Assembly: GCA_964016885.1 (NCBI GenBank) | Contig: OZ024743.1 | Coordinates: forward strand, 147,746,001 to 147,810,000 | DNA length: 64,000 nt | Direction of reading: 5' to 3' | From: Eledone cirrhosa | Lineage: Eukaryota | In this document: positions 1 through 12,902 of the stretch, in pieces | How the letters are laid out: every line of letters begins with the position of its first letter | How positions within the stretch are numbered: the stretch's first letter is position 1 | The notes under the pieces: model-generated | What the model saw: only the letters and a program-made list of their open reading frames with translations | Databases searched by the model: none | Told to the model about the DNA's origin: nothing | Position numbers and translations under genes: made by a program

Positions 1-1
1 A

Positions 2-187
2 TACGAAAGTAGAGTTACCACTAGGACCCCAACGTATAACTACAACGTTGTAACAGCAACCAGATTTAAGGATAGACTGTACAACCATTACCACTCCATT
101 AACCGTATCGAAAAGAGATGCAGTACGACACTATCCGAGCCTATAAGGAAACTGAAGCAGAACCGTGCACACTACTCTCAGTCTTGG
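2..187 (+). pseudogene. Penelope-like element GIY-YIG endonuclease fragment
   Basis: Frame 2 reads YESRVTT...TATRFKDRLYNHYHSINRIEKRCSTTLSEPIRKLKQN...W, matching the FKxRxxNHxxS...TTLS..I..LK...W pattern of the intact PLE endonuclease at 19796-20287. Confidence 0.7.
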
Positions 188-351
188 TACACTCACACGT
201 GCATATTCGCTTGCGCACACGCACACATTCTATAAACTAAACGATCGTTTTCTTTTCAGCTAGGTGCTTTCGATCACCGCCTTTGTTTTAAAAGCGTTTG
301 AGATTAGATTAGTTAGAATTTGATAGAAAATTAAACCAAATGACGATAAGT

Positions 352-365
352 ATCTTCTTCTTCTT

Positions 366-426
<61 letters not shown>
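352..426. repeat. compound (TTC)n(TTA)n microsatellite at the LINE 5' junction
   Basis: Direct reading. Confidence 0.95.
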
Positions 427-427
<1 letters not shown>

Positions 428-2120
428 TGCACAAACTGGAGACGTTGAGGGGAGACCCGCGCGAACTAGGATGCGGAAGATCCGTGTCAGCATATGCGGA
501 CGATGTCACCGTAGTGGTGTCGAACGCCAAACACATCGAGGCGATCGGCACTACACTAAGAGAATACGAAGCGGTGACAGGAGCAATGATCAACCAGGAA
601 AAGTCAGTGGGCCTGCAGCTCGGCACCTGGAGAGGCAGGTCCATGCCGTCCAACAGCGTCGTCGGGCGCTGGACGGACGGACCGGTTAAATTGCTAGGGG
701 TCTGGTTCGGTCCGGACCTCCAGACGGACAAAAACTGGGACGAGGTGACGAGCAGGGTGGCTTCTCTCACCTAGAAATGGGCGGAGAGGAAGCTATCCCT
801 AAAAGGTCGAGCGGAGGTGGCTAACGCGTACATCGCGTCTGTCATCTGCTACCGCCTAACCGTCGTACCTTGTCCTAAGCCTCGCCTGACTGCGCTGGAG
901 CGTTTGCTCTTTCGCTTTTTGTGGAAGGGACGTGCTCCGATGGTCAGGCGGTCCATCTGCTGTCAACACCCGCTACGTGGAGGGCTGGGCATGCCGTGGC
1001 TGATGATGCGCAGACACGCGCTCAGGCTACGACATCTCCACCTCTTCCTCGACGGTGATCAGGTGTGGTCGCCGTTTGCTAGGCGCGTATTTCCCCAGCT
1101 CGTTTCCTTGACGGAGCTGCAGTCCTGGGTCAAGCGAAGACCGAGAGGGAGCGCCTGGAGACTGGAATGTCTTCAGGCGCTCACAGCCCTCGACCAATCG
1201 GGCAATGTGATCGGTGGAAACTCCACCTCGGCGTTCTATAGAGGATTAGTGGAGGGGAAGAGCGACGACGTACTTGGGGAAACTCTAGGCGTCGACGAAA
1301 ATCAACTAGCCAATCTCTTCGGAAGAACTTTCGGGCCGGGGCCTATGGATAACTTCCAGAAATCTCTGGCCTGGCAGTGCTACCGAGGAGCCTTGCCAGT
1401 TCGGGATAAACTCTACAGGCATGGAGGTGCCGTCAGCCGGGCATGTCCGAGATACGCGCAGGGCGACGAAACCGTCCTGCACGCACTCGTCCAGTGTCCG
1501 AAAATTGCAGACTTGTGGGTTTATGTCGAACACCTGCTGTCGCGTTTAGGACGGATCCGGCTATCATCTGAGTCCATCGTGAGGATTGCCCCGCCCTCCT
1601 CCTTTAGCCGGGAAGGGCAGGCAGTTTTTATCTTCCTGGTGGCTATGGTGAAAGAGATAGTATGGTGGACACGTTTGAAAGGGCTGAAGACGAGCACTTA
1701 CCTCTTCGGTGATGCTCTGATTGACTTTTTCAAATTTCATTTGAAAAGGAAAATCAGAGTAGAGAGGGAAGTGCTCTCTTCCCAGCATTTTGTTGAAAGA
1801 TGGGTGAGAGAAGCAAGAATGGCCCGAGTGAATGGGCCTACTCTGAGTATATATCTGTAAATTAAAGGTGGAAAACTGGGAGAGGGCACTTGCCTTGGTG
1901 GTCAGGGTCATTGTGGCTTTTTACTGGGCTTTCTCCACAAATGTCCCTCCGAAGTCTCCCCCCTATTGGGGAATTTTTCATTGTTATTTTCATTGTTATT
2001 TTTTGTTACATCCTCTGTTTTTGTTTTTTACACGCAGAAATGCCCATTTGTACCGTCCTGCATTGTCCTGCACTGTCCTTAATGTCTACTTTATGTAAAC
2101 CCTTGTGGTTAATAAAGAAA

Positions 2121-2122
<2 letters not shown>
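427..2122 (+). mobile_element. 5'-truncated Tx1/L1-clade LINE (RT C-half, zf-RVT, 3' UTR)
   Basis: YADD motif, INQEKS, KLLGVWF, W..RKLSLKGRAEVAN, GGLG, CPR(Y)..GDETVLHALVQCP. One in-frame TAG at 772-774 splits ORFs 340..774 and 817..1860. AATAAA at 2111 is followed by an (ATT)n tail. Confidence 0.9.
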
Positions 2123-2170
<48 letters not shown>

Positions 2171-2171
<1 letters not shown>

Positions 2172-2819
2172 CTTGAATCTCAGTCATTGATGTTAGTTAA
2201 CTGGAAAGTCCGTTGGAATGAATATCAAGCCACTACCTGCAGCCTCAGATATTCAGGACGTATCGGAGGGTTCTTGCTGTTCCCAGCGAGCATGCCTTTT
2301 GAAGCGTTCCAAAAAGCGTGAAGGGGCCGATTTTCTTTAACCATCCCTGGAAACTTTTGGAGATAGTCCCCAGTGCGCCTATGACAATCGGGATCACTTT
2401 GACTTCATGGCAGTTCCAAATCCTTTTTACCTCCCACTTTAAGTCCTGGTATCGGTTAATTTTCTCCCTCTCCTTTTCTTGCACTCTCGTGTCGAATGGG
2501 CAGGCCACATCCACAATCAGACACGATCTTTTTTCTTTGTCCACAACCACCAGGTCAGGTCTATTGTGTTCCAGTTTCTTGTCCGTCTGTATCCTAAAAT
2601 CCCACAGCACCTTCACCTGATCGTTCTCCATCACCGCCTCTGGCTTATGCTCATACCGTTTCTCAGAATGTGGTAAACTGTTTACTTTGCACAGGTGCCA
2701 GTGGATCACCCTGCCCATCACATCATGTCTCCAGCCCTAATAGTGGGTCTGGGCTAGGTGTTTACACTCGGATACAATGTGAGCCACAGTCTCCTCTCTC
2801 TCTCCACAGATCTTGCACA
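2171..2819 (-). mobile_element. 5'-truncated R4/Dong-clade LINE (CCHC + restriction-like endonuclease) in (TAA)n
   Basis: NRPDLVVVDKEKRSCLIVDVACP...EKINRYQDL...PIVIGALG RLE motif. Flanked on both sides by (TTA)n. Near-identical to 16937-18123 but with a nonsense change. Confidence 0.9.
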
Positions 2820-4365
2820 ATTATTATTATTATTATTATTATTATTATCATTATTATTATTATGTATGTGTTGCTCACAATTTATTGTCGTTTAGAGATC
2901 CGGTCTCAGCTTCCAAGGTTCCAGCGCGAGGAGGTCAACAAACATACTTCTACCAAAGAAGACCTACAAGTGTTGAGGAGCGTTTGATGTGGTGTATGTA
3001 ATGTGTTGATTGTTTTAATTTCCAGAAATTACTGGGGGAAAACTGAAAGATTAATTCAGCCATGTCAGATTTTTTAATCTATTTGAAGAACAAATAACTT
3101 ACTTGTTTCTTGTCAAAGAAAACCCAATCTTGTTTAGTACAATTTGATCACAGTATTTGATCATTATACATGACATTCCCGCTGAGACAAGCAGCTCTGT
3201 GGAACCTTAGCGAAATCTAACACTTCACTACTAAGTCCCAACTGATTTATATGTTGATTGGAACGGTTGTGTATCCGTCCTCCCTTCCTGTTGAGGGGAA
3301 AAAGAAGAGGTAATGAACATTTTCTATTTCAATAGTGCGACGCTTTTATAGAGATGATTGAATGATTCTTTCTTACAGTGACTGAGAGAAAGATAATTTA
3401 TCTATAATTTATGTTATGCCAGAAACAGTGGGTGGAAATGAGCAACAAAGTGAAGGGATGTGATTGTTAATTTAGTAGTAGTGTCGGTAGTAATAGTGAC
3501 TGTGAAGTAGTGGTGGTAGTGTCAATGCAGTTGTGTGAAAGGGTGGTAATAGTATTTGTCATGATGAAAACAGTGTTAGTCTTAGTGGCAAGAAGGCTAG
3601 AGTGCGTATTGGTTTTACATTTGGCAGTGTATCTCAGTAAGATCAGTTTGGTGGAGTCTGTTAGTAAAACTAGTGTGCGTGATGGATGCAGAATCAATGA
3701 ATATCGTGGGGAAAGTGGTATTACGTGTGGTAGCTTCAGTGAATGGTATTATCGGTGGAAGTGTCAGTAGTGGTATTCCTGATGGCTGTGTCAGAAGCAA
3801 TATTAAAGATATTCTCGATGGTGGTAGCAATAGTACTAGAGTTTGTGAATGTAAATTAGTTGGTGGTAATGTTGATATCTCAAGCCCTACATTCTGTGAA
3901 GTTACCACTGCTAATAACTGTATAAATTGATGTGGTTTCGTTTGTTTCAGTGTGCGTAGGTCTCTCTGGGGAGTGAAACGTTTGACACTTTTAGGGGATG
4001 AAGACCTCACATTGAATGAGTTTCCAATTTCAGATAGACGAATTGAAATGTAAAAAAAAATCTAGAACATTTGGAAACCGAATCCACAAATACAACTTAT
4101 TGTAAAACTCAGAGGTACAATTCATGGATTCGTGAAATTTTACATTTTGAGTCATTTCCCTATGTTAATAATATAAAAATATGTTTTTCATAAACATGAA
4201 TTTAACACACTGTGTTTTAACGGTATCTTCAAACTTGTTAAAGCGCTTGATGTCACGTACACAAATTTGATCGCACTTAGAATCTGTGGATATGGTCGTA
4301 AATGGACCTTGAAGCAGTAGGTGGGGCTTTTGGTCCCCGTATAAACATAAATAATATAATATATG

Positions 4366-4413
<48 letters not shown>

Positions 4414-4419
4414 GAGATG

Positions 4420-4471
<52 letters not shown>

Positions 4472-4538
4472 TATAGATAAATGAAAGAATTACGAAAGAG
4501 AATACAGACCGTTAGAACAAGTTTATACAATAAGAACC

Positions 4539-4577
4539 TATGTACGTTTCGCCCGAAAAGAGCTTCTCAAGGGCATA
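4539..4577 (-). ncRNA. hammerhead-like motif, U3-A8 core variant (degenerate)
   Basis: UUGAGAA-gcuc/gggc stem-GAAA-CGUA with palindromic ACGU helix III; helix I irregular. Confidence 0.45.
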
Positions 4578-5782
4578 CAAATCTAGAGTCTGTTCAATAC
4601 AAAACCCAGAAGTGGTTTTAAGATGATTAATCACATCGAAGTTCATGTTTAAATTCAAACAGACATGGCTGTTTGCATCACAGAGCAAGGGGAGTAACTC
4701 TGACCGGTGTTTGAATAAGTGTCCCTAAATTGCTTATTATCTGTTCACATGAAGATGTTCTCCACTACTATATTATGGGTACCAATTTAATACTGCTTAG
4801 TCATGCCGGATCCAAGAGGCATAGTTGGTGTACAGATGTTTAATTATGCACACCGTCATCCGATGTGTTATTGTTTGGTGCAGGGAGACCCGGTTGATGG
4901 TGTTCAGATATCAACCCGGATCCAACCATAGAATGACTGCTGTATTCTGTGTCCGCAGTTTATCACAGATTCTGCTCTGCTGTTGATGAGATCTAGGGGT
5001 GCTGTTACGATATGGTAAAGCTCCATGACTCAGCGCTGGCACTTCCTCCTGAAGTTGTAAGGTGTTTCCCTGCTGACAATTTCCCAGTATGTGGAGAAGC
5101 TGATGTTGGAGTCGTTCAATTTTGTGATGTAGTTGGCGAGTGATGTGGAGTACCTTAGCTTCCTGTTTCTAAAAGAGTGGAGATGTGTTCAAAAATCTAG
5201 TTTTGAACGTGCCAGAGGTGGCCCCTATATAATGTTTGACACTGTTATGGATAGTTACAGTGCACCTATAGATAACATCGTCAGTCAGGCAACTTCCTCT
5301 GAGCGGACAGCTTCCCGGGTTACGACAATTGCGGCGTCCGCGGCGGTCGCTGCCGCTGCGGTGGCTTCTAGTGCCCGAGGTAAGACTATTGCTATCACTA
5401 CCTACGTTTTCATCCACACCACTGCCGCTAACTCCGTAGTTAGTACTATTATATTCTATGACGCGCGGGGTAGTGCAATTATCACTCCGCGCTCTACAGC
5501 GCCTTCTGTTGCCGCCTCGCGACCCGTACTGGTCGCCAGTGTGCTCCCCAGTTTCACAGCCGTCTTGGCGGTTGCGTCTGTTGGAGCTGCGACCAACATT
5601 GTCGAGTGCTGCTAGGGAAACGTTAAGGCTATCAGAGTTGCTGTCAAGTCTATAGGTGCAATGTAACTAGGCTTGCTCTGTGATGCAAACAGCCATGTCT
5701 GTTTGAATTTAAACATCAACTTTGATGTGGTTATCATCTTAAAATCCCTTCTGGCTTTTGCATTGAACACACTCTAGATTTG

Positions 5783-5822
5783 TATGCCCTTGAGAAGCCC
5801 TTTTTCGGGCGAAACGTATGTA
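5783..5822 (+). ncRNA. hammerhead-like motif, U3-A8 core variant
   Basis: TTGAGAA GCCC TTTTTC GGGC GAAA CGTA; helix I offset by CCC. Confidence 0.5.
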
Positions 5823-6038
5823 GGTGCTTATTGTATAAACATGTTCTAACAATCTGTATTCTCTTTCGTAATTCTTTCATTTGTAACCACTCTGCTTATA
5901 TTCTCGCCCACTAAATATTAACGCTTCCGATATTTAACACTTTAGCCACAAGTATTGAGCACAAATGCACCAGCTTATGGCAACTAACTATATGTATCGC
6001 TTATCCCTTTAAACCTTCTACTCTCTCACGATACTAAA

Positions 6039-6143
<105 letters not shown>

Positions 6144-6444
6144 TGAGACAAAATGAAAACGAAATTTCATTTCTCACTCTTAGTATGGCACTTACTTAAA
6201 TGTAAGTATGCATGTATACGTACATACATATATGTATACAGACGTACAGTAGCATGCACATATATATATATATACACATATATATACATATGCATACAGG
6301 TACACATACATATATGCACGTATCAGTTTAGCGGCGCTTATTATAACGTCGCTTTGTTCGTTTGTAAACAAACTGAACAGCCTGAATTTATGCCATACGG
6401 TGTTAAGGCAACCACGTCACCTTTTTGTTCAACACTGACACAGG

Positions 6445-6489
6445 AACGATGTACTAGTTTCAAGCTTGTTAGCTATCATCAGCACCGTT
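6445..6489 (-). ncRNA. minimal type I hammerhead ribozyme (family A)
   Basis: aacggug CUGAUGA u agcu aaca agcu u GAAA cuag UA caucguu: helix I 7 bp, palindromic ACUAGU helix III, GUA site. Confidence 0.85.
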
Positions 6490-6562
6490 TACCCATCTGC
6501 CAGATAGTTGAACGTTCGAAAGTATATACTTTCCTTATGAAAATTAACGGCTGAGCAGCCTA

Positions 6563-6570
6563 ATTTGCAT
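6563..6570 (-). promoter_or_regulatory. octamer ATGCAAAT ~80 nt upstream of the HHR core (also 7035, 49228, 49261, 49808, 52449, 52804)
   Basis: Exact octamer at conserved spacing in two repeat families; function is inferred. Confidence 0.4.
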
Positions 6571-6916
6571 ATTGAGTGAGTTAAATCGGTCAGGCATACC
6601 GAAAACGATAAATTGAGACAAAATGAAAACGAAATTTCATTTCTCACTCTTAGTATGGCACTTACTTAAATGTAAGTATGCATGTATACGTACATACATA
6701 TATGTATACAGACGTACAGTAGCATGCACATATATATATATATATACACATATATATACATATGCATACAGGTACACATACATATATGCACGTATCAGTT
6801 TAGCGGCGCTTATTATAACGTCGCTTTGTTCGTTTGTAAACAAACTGAACAGCCTGAATTTATGCCATACGGTGTTAAGGCAACCACGTCACCTTTTTGT
6901 TCAACACTGACACAGG

Positions 6917-6961
6917 AACGATGTACTAGTTTCAAGCTTGTTAGCTATCATCAGCACCGTT
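6917..6961 (-). ncRNA. minimal type I hammerhead ribozyme (family A)
   Basis: Identical to 6445-6489, 472 bp away. Confidence 0.85.
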
Positions 6962-7144
6962 TACCCATCTGCCAGATAGTTGAACGTTCGAAAGTATATA
7001 CTTTCCTTATGAAAATTAACGGCTGAGCAGCCTAATTTGCATATTGAGTGAGTTAAATCTGTCAGGCATACCGAAAACGATGAATTGAGACAAAATGAAA
7101 ACGAAATTTCATTTCTCACTCTTAGTATGGCATTTACTTGGGTA

Positions 7145-7189
7145 AACGGTGCTGATGATAGCTAACAAGCTTGAAACTAGTACATCGTT
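7145..7189 (+). ncRNA. minimal type I hammerhead ribozyme (family A)
   Basis: CTGATGA 7152-7158, GAAA 7173-7176, predicted cleavage after 7182. Confidence 0.85.
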
Positions 7190-7351
7190 CCTGTGTCAGT
7201 GTTGAACAAAAAGGTGACGTGGTTGCCTTAACACCGTATGGCATAAATTCAGGCTGTTCAGTTTGTTTACAAACGAACAAAGCGACGTTATAATAAGCGC
7301 CGCTAAACTGATACGTGCATATATGTATGTGTACCTGTATGCATATGTATA

Positions 7352-7382
<31 letters not shown>

Positions 7383-7437
7383 GTGCATGCTACTGTACGT
7401 CTGTATACATATATGTATGTACGTATACATGCATACT

Positions 7438-7501
<64 letters not shown>

Positions 7502-7889
7502 CGAGGTGAGGATCCGAATAAGGGGAAACATTTGTTCTCTGTATGGTGAACTAACTGTTGTGAAATTACTTCTACAAAAATCGTCCCATGATCTGAGTGC
7601 TCTACTACTACGGATATACCCCACCAGTGTTCTGCTAGTATATATATATAATTATTGAATAAAGTGACCGGAGGACAGATAGTTGGAATTCCTTTCAAGT
7701 TTTATATTTGCAGACACTATATATATTTCAGTGGCCAGTATAATTCCATCGACATCCTTGCATAACATAAATGATTCATGGTAAACACAAACTGGGTAAA
7801 CGGAGACAAAAATTAAAAAAATCAAATAGGAGATATTTGACTCAGGGGCGGTTTACATCTATTTACATCTAGTTGGTTAGACTATATCA

Positions 7890-8100
7890 TTTGTGAGAGT
7901 CATGCTGCTAAAAGAAAAGTCACGCACCTGTTGATTTTTACTTCAATGTATAGTTGTTTGTTGTCAAAGCTTCTTTATTACACATTCTTTGAATACATTG
8001 AAGTGAAAACTAACAGGTGCGTGTGATTTTATTATATTCATGACCCTCCCAAAGTTTAACAATACATGTGTCAACACACGTTTTCAGATAAGAAATCTCG
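7890..8100. repeat. head-to-head inverted pair of a dispersed repeat (same family as 27050-27150 and 28068-28910)
   Basis: cacgcacctgtt...acttcaatgtat / atacattgaagt...aacaggtgcgtg; shares catgaccctcccaaag. Confidence 0.7.
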
Positions 8101-8310
8101 TAAAAGAAATACAAAAAGGAAACTTATATATACAGCATATACAAATGGTCAGTATGTAATTAACTTTTTAAAAACTTATAAAGACTAAAGCGTTATATTC
8201 ATACATTTATTGGTACCACTATATTATATGGTCATTTGTTTAAAAAATATAGTCTTTTGAGAATTATTGATACACAATTCGTAGTTTGTAGTTACGATGT
8301 AGATTCAGTA

Positions 8311-8503
8311 TAATAATAATTGTTTCTACTTTTGGCACAAGGCCATCAATTACTCAGTACATTACTGGTACTTTATTTTATCGACTCCGTAAGGATGAAA
8401 GGCAAAGTTAACCTCGACGAGATTTGAACTCAGACTAAAGGGACGTAACTATGATGTAAAGCATGGCGTCCGACCCTCTACCAATACTGTCAACCCACCG
8501 CCC
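8311..8503 (-). mobile_element. tRNA-derived SINE
   Basis: tRNA-like head with GTTCAAATC B box, central tttgcctttcatccttacgg.gtcgataaaataaagtaccag, tail ccttgtgcc...agaaacaattatt. Confidence 0.9.
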
Positions 8504-8514
8504 TAGTATTCAGT

Positions 8515-8706
8515 ATAATAATTGTTTCTACTTTAGGCACAAGGCCAGCAATTACCCAGTGCATTACTGGTACTTTATTTATCGACCCCGTAAGGATGAA
8601 AGGCAAAGTCAACCTCGGCGTGATTTGAACTCAGATCGTAAAGGGACGTAACTATGCTGGAAAGCATGGCGTCCGACCCTCCACCGATACTGCCAATCCA
8701 CCGCCC
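8515..8706 (-). mobile_element. tRNA-derived SINE (tandem with previous)
   Basis: Same family; target sequence ATTCAGTATAATAAT occurs three times around the pair. Confidence 0.9.
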
Positions 8707-8825
8707 TTGTATTCAGTATAATAATAATATTAAGAAAGTTGCTGATGTTACATAAATCGTTTATCCATAATAATCATATCAACGGTTCTCCCATGCAATA
8801 AAGGATTGCATTAATTATTTTTATA

Positions 8826-9011
8826 AGGGCGGTGGATTGGCAGTATCGGTAGAGGGTTGGACGCCATGCTTTCTAGCATAGTTACGTCCCTTTACAGTCT
8901 GAGTTCAAATCCCGCCGAGGTTAACTTTGACTTTCATCCTTACGGGGTCGATAAAATAAAGTACCAGTAATGCACTGGGTAATATCTGGCCTTGTGCCTA
9001 AAGTAGAAACA
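8826..9011 (+). mobile_element. tRNA-derived SINE with 15-bp TSD
   Basis: TSD ATTAATTATTTTTAT at 8810-8824 and 9012-9026. Confidence 0.9.
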
Positions 9012-10961
9012 ATTAATTATTTTTATGAGAACGGTATCTTCAGATGAAATTCGATTTTGTGATATGCCGCCAGCATAAAAAAACACGCTCTTCTGTTCGA
9101 GAGACATATGTGTATAATGCTATCCATGTGTCAATTAGAGAAATCTGGACTCACGTATAAAAACGGAATTAGTGTCGTTAATTACCAAAGGATATTCCTT
9201 CAAGTGTGTAGCTAGATTCCAGCAGATAGTGGAAGCAATAAATGGAACTCTGGGGCAGGGCAATATACACATTATATATATATATATATATATATACGTT
9301 ATTCCGGGTTGTGTCTGAGGTAACCACAGTAAGTAAGGTACTCAATACATTGCAGAGTATAAAAGTTTTAATATAGATGAGATTCTACAGGACTAGAACT
9401 GTTTCATTCTTTAGAAATCATCATGTATATATATATATTATAGAGAGAGAGAAGGGGCGTGGGAGATATGCTGGGCGTGTTTCAAACTGTGAAATGTAAC
9501 ATATATAGATTATATATGTCAATATTTATGTTTATGAATATGCTTTTATTGACGGTAACATAAAAAACATGGACAATCCGTGACATTGTGAGGAATACAT
9601 TATAACGTTAGCATTTGTCTCCGCGCCAAGGTTAGAATACAAAAGACATGTATGGACAACTGTAACTCATAAATTTATATGCGTTAATGGTAGTCACGAG
9701 CATCTTAATATATTATTTACAGACGAATGAGGCCTACGTATAAGTAGATGCTTTATTATACTACTTGAAATAGATAAATACATATTGCCTTGTTATGTAG
9801 CTGTTATAGCTTAAGGAGGATTACAAATAACAAATAGTCGAAGTTATCCTAATTTACGTTTATATGACGTGTAAACGGTCATCACCAAACAAATGATACG
9901 TATTCCAACTGAAAATATATTTCAAGACCAAGACGTACCAATGGAGATTATAATGATATACATCTCAACTCAAGCAATAACAACAGTCATACTTAGATTT
10001 CCCAATTGTGCTTGCTATTCTTATTAACTTTTCCCGTGTGAAAAGCACCTGGAATTCATTGTTTGTGATATTTAGCACTACATTTCACCATTTTAGTTTA
10101 AAATCCCGCAATAGTTGAATTTACTATATACTTCATTCAATATTCATAAATGAAACGACAGTAATATGAGCGAATTAAATCTTCTTAACTAGCTTTTACT
10201 CTTTTATTCCCCTGAGAATTTCCCTTGAACCTCTCGTCAATTATTATAGACAGTCTAACATTTCTACTAGAACTTCGCTATTTCTCGTCTGTTGTGCATG
10301 TTAGAATTTAAATGATTCTAGGTGCCTCAATGTTTCCAAAAATGTCACCAATTAATTCAAGTTCTATTGTATTAAACAGAGGGAAGATACATATCTCAGA
10401 GGCTGCCCGTATATGTATGTAGCCATGTTTCTCTGTCATAATATAATTCTGTATGTTTCTATCTGTCTCTCTAATTGCCGCTTTTCTCTGTTTACTCACT
10501 CTTTGTGCTTGAGTATGTGCCGCAATTTAAAACATTCATCCTTTATTTCAATGTAAGTTAATCTAAATCTTTGTCATTCAATCAGTTGTTTCCAAGCATT
10601 TCTACGACACAGTGAAACCGTTTCACTCTCTTATGTATATTCAGTCCCATGTTTTCAACATTCTGAAAGAATTGCCTTAGCCAGTAATGTAAATAATGAA
10701 ATTTAGACAAACATCTAACATATGCTAAAATGATAAAAGGCAAAATACTAAACAAATGTAGATTTAAGTTTTGGTAATACGAAGAATGGTAAATAGTGTC
10801 ACCAAACTAGTTTATCAAAAGAGTTCACTCTCATCGAAAGGGTTTATGGATTAACATCTGAAGATGTACTTTGAAGTGAGTCATAAGATTAAGACGCAAA
10901 GACGGATGGAGGAATTGGATTGATCACGAAGTTATAATAGAATGTATGTATATATATATAT

Positions 10962-11003
<42 letters not shown>

Positions 11004-11048
11004 CATATGTGTATATGTGTATATATATATTACATATGTGTATATGTG

Positions 11049-11138
<90 letters not shown>

Positions 11139-11502
11139 GAGAGATATATATTTAAAAAAAAAACAGACAGTGTAGCTTTGCAGCGAGAATTAATTGTATG
11201 TCAGCAATAGAAGAGAGCACTAAAAAATATTATTTCCTTTATCTTCTACATTATTACTGATGTTGTTGATGTTATCAACCTCCTCATCCTGATCCTCCTC
11301 ATCGTCATCACTATCCTCATCATCATCATAAGCAGCAGTATTGCCGTGTTCATCGATATCACATCACAGTCATTATTGTCAATAGTCATGTGGAAGCTGA
11401 CTGACTGTCAGGAGACCTTTTTTAGTTTCCTCTTTCACACTGAGGCAGAAAATAGTTTAATTTTCTTAAAATGCAAATTGTGCATCCCTTCAGATTCGTT
11501 AT

Positions 11503-11573
11503 TAGTATTCGTAGTATTCGTAGTAGTATTCGTAGTAGTATTCGTAGTAGTATTCGTAGTAGTAGTAGTATTC

Positions 11574-11627
<54 letters not shown>

Positions 11628-11674
11628 ATAGTAGTAGTAGTAGTCGTAGTAGTAGTAGTCTAGTAGTAGTAGTA
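11503..11674. repeat. (TATTCGTAGTAG)n 12-mer grading into (TAG)n
   Basis: Direct reading. Confidence 0.9.
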
Positions 11675-12902
11675 ACATTGTCTCTCAGACAGTGAAGACG
11701 TGTTTTTGTGAGCTCCGCAAGGTGGTGACTATTCAAGGTTTTTCAATTGAATTAGTCATTTTATGTTTTTGCAAAGAGGTTTATGTTGGCCTGTGAAGTG
11801 GAGACTCTATTATATTTCGACATTTTGGCGCCCAAATATTTGAACTTTATATAATTTTTGCCTAATTAAAAAAAAAAAAAAATGGACGAGACAGACACTC
11901 AAACATTAAGTCTGTCGTCTCAGGATAGCGACTTTAAAGTTTGATATGAGGGACACAAGCACAATTATAGACACACAAAAATTAATTACAAACATTACTT
12001 GCAAAAATGAAATTAGCAACATTACCACAAACAACATGAACAATGACAGCACTTACAGCAACAACGAAACAGGTAAAGAGAGCAACGGCAGAAACAGCTC
12101 CATTAGTTTCAGGAGTCACAAAGAAAGTAACACCAACGCGAACGCCAAATGCAACAACGAAACCAACAACTCCACCAAGAACAACACCAACACTAACACC
12201 AACAGCGACACAACAACGTCAACAGCAAAAGCAAATGTGAAAGCAGCGACAACAACAACAGGAACATCACCAATAACAATGTGTCCAGCAAGAGCACCAG
12301 TAATAACAACTCAGACAACAACAAGAACTCTTTCGTTGTTTCAGCAGCTAAAAATAGGCCATGCTTTAGCATGGACTTTAGCTAGAAAGAGAAAACTTTG
12401 TCCCAGGCATGGAAGCTCATTAAACCAGAGCAAACCTGGGCCGACAGGAAAGGAGTAATAATGTAATAAGAAAAAAAATATTGGAAAAAAATGTGAACCC
12501 CAATAAAAGTTATCCAAAAGGCTCAATCTTGTTCAGAAGGAAGCACCAATTCCAATTGACTGGATGAACCTTAATGTAATCCAAACAAGGACCACATAAC
12601 TACTTAATATAGTACTGCCTCTAAATTTTGGATTGTATAGCAAGGCTTTTGTGACCAATAAATAACACAATATCATTTATTGTTTTTACTGATAATGTTA
12701 TTGCAAGTATTATTCTCTCTACAATAGTTTACTTACTTAAATCTATTTATAATCTAAATGTTATAATTTGATTCTTCAAACATATACACATCCAAATGCA
12801 AATTGACATAAATATACAAATATATACGCATATGTACATATTACACACTGAAATGAATAGAAATTCTTTTATCATCATTTATTATTATTAAACACTATCA
12901 AC

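Noticed and set aside
2890-3070. Possible short host exons (AG...GT bounded)
   Set aside because: No recognisable peptide and no consistent multi-exon frame
3440-4010. T/L/P-rich ORFs
   Set aside because: Cryptic GTG/GTA trinucleotide simplicity with no motifs or clear splice structure
6153-7430. Repeated 95-133-aa ORFs in the 472-bp units
   Set aside because: Antisense to the HHR, frame shifts with internal (TA)n length, and no domain is recognisable
8311-9011. tRNA genes
   Set aside because: tRNA-like heads continue into SINE core and tail with TSDs and do not form a full cloverleaf
11503-11570. CRISPR-like short repeats
   Set aside because: Contiguous 12-mer with no spacers, in eukaryotic context
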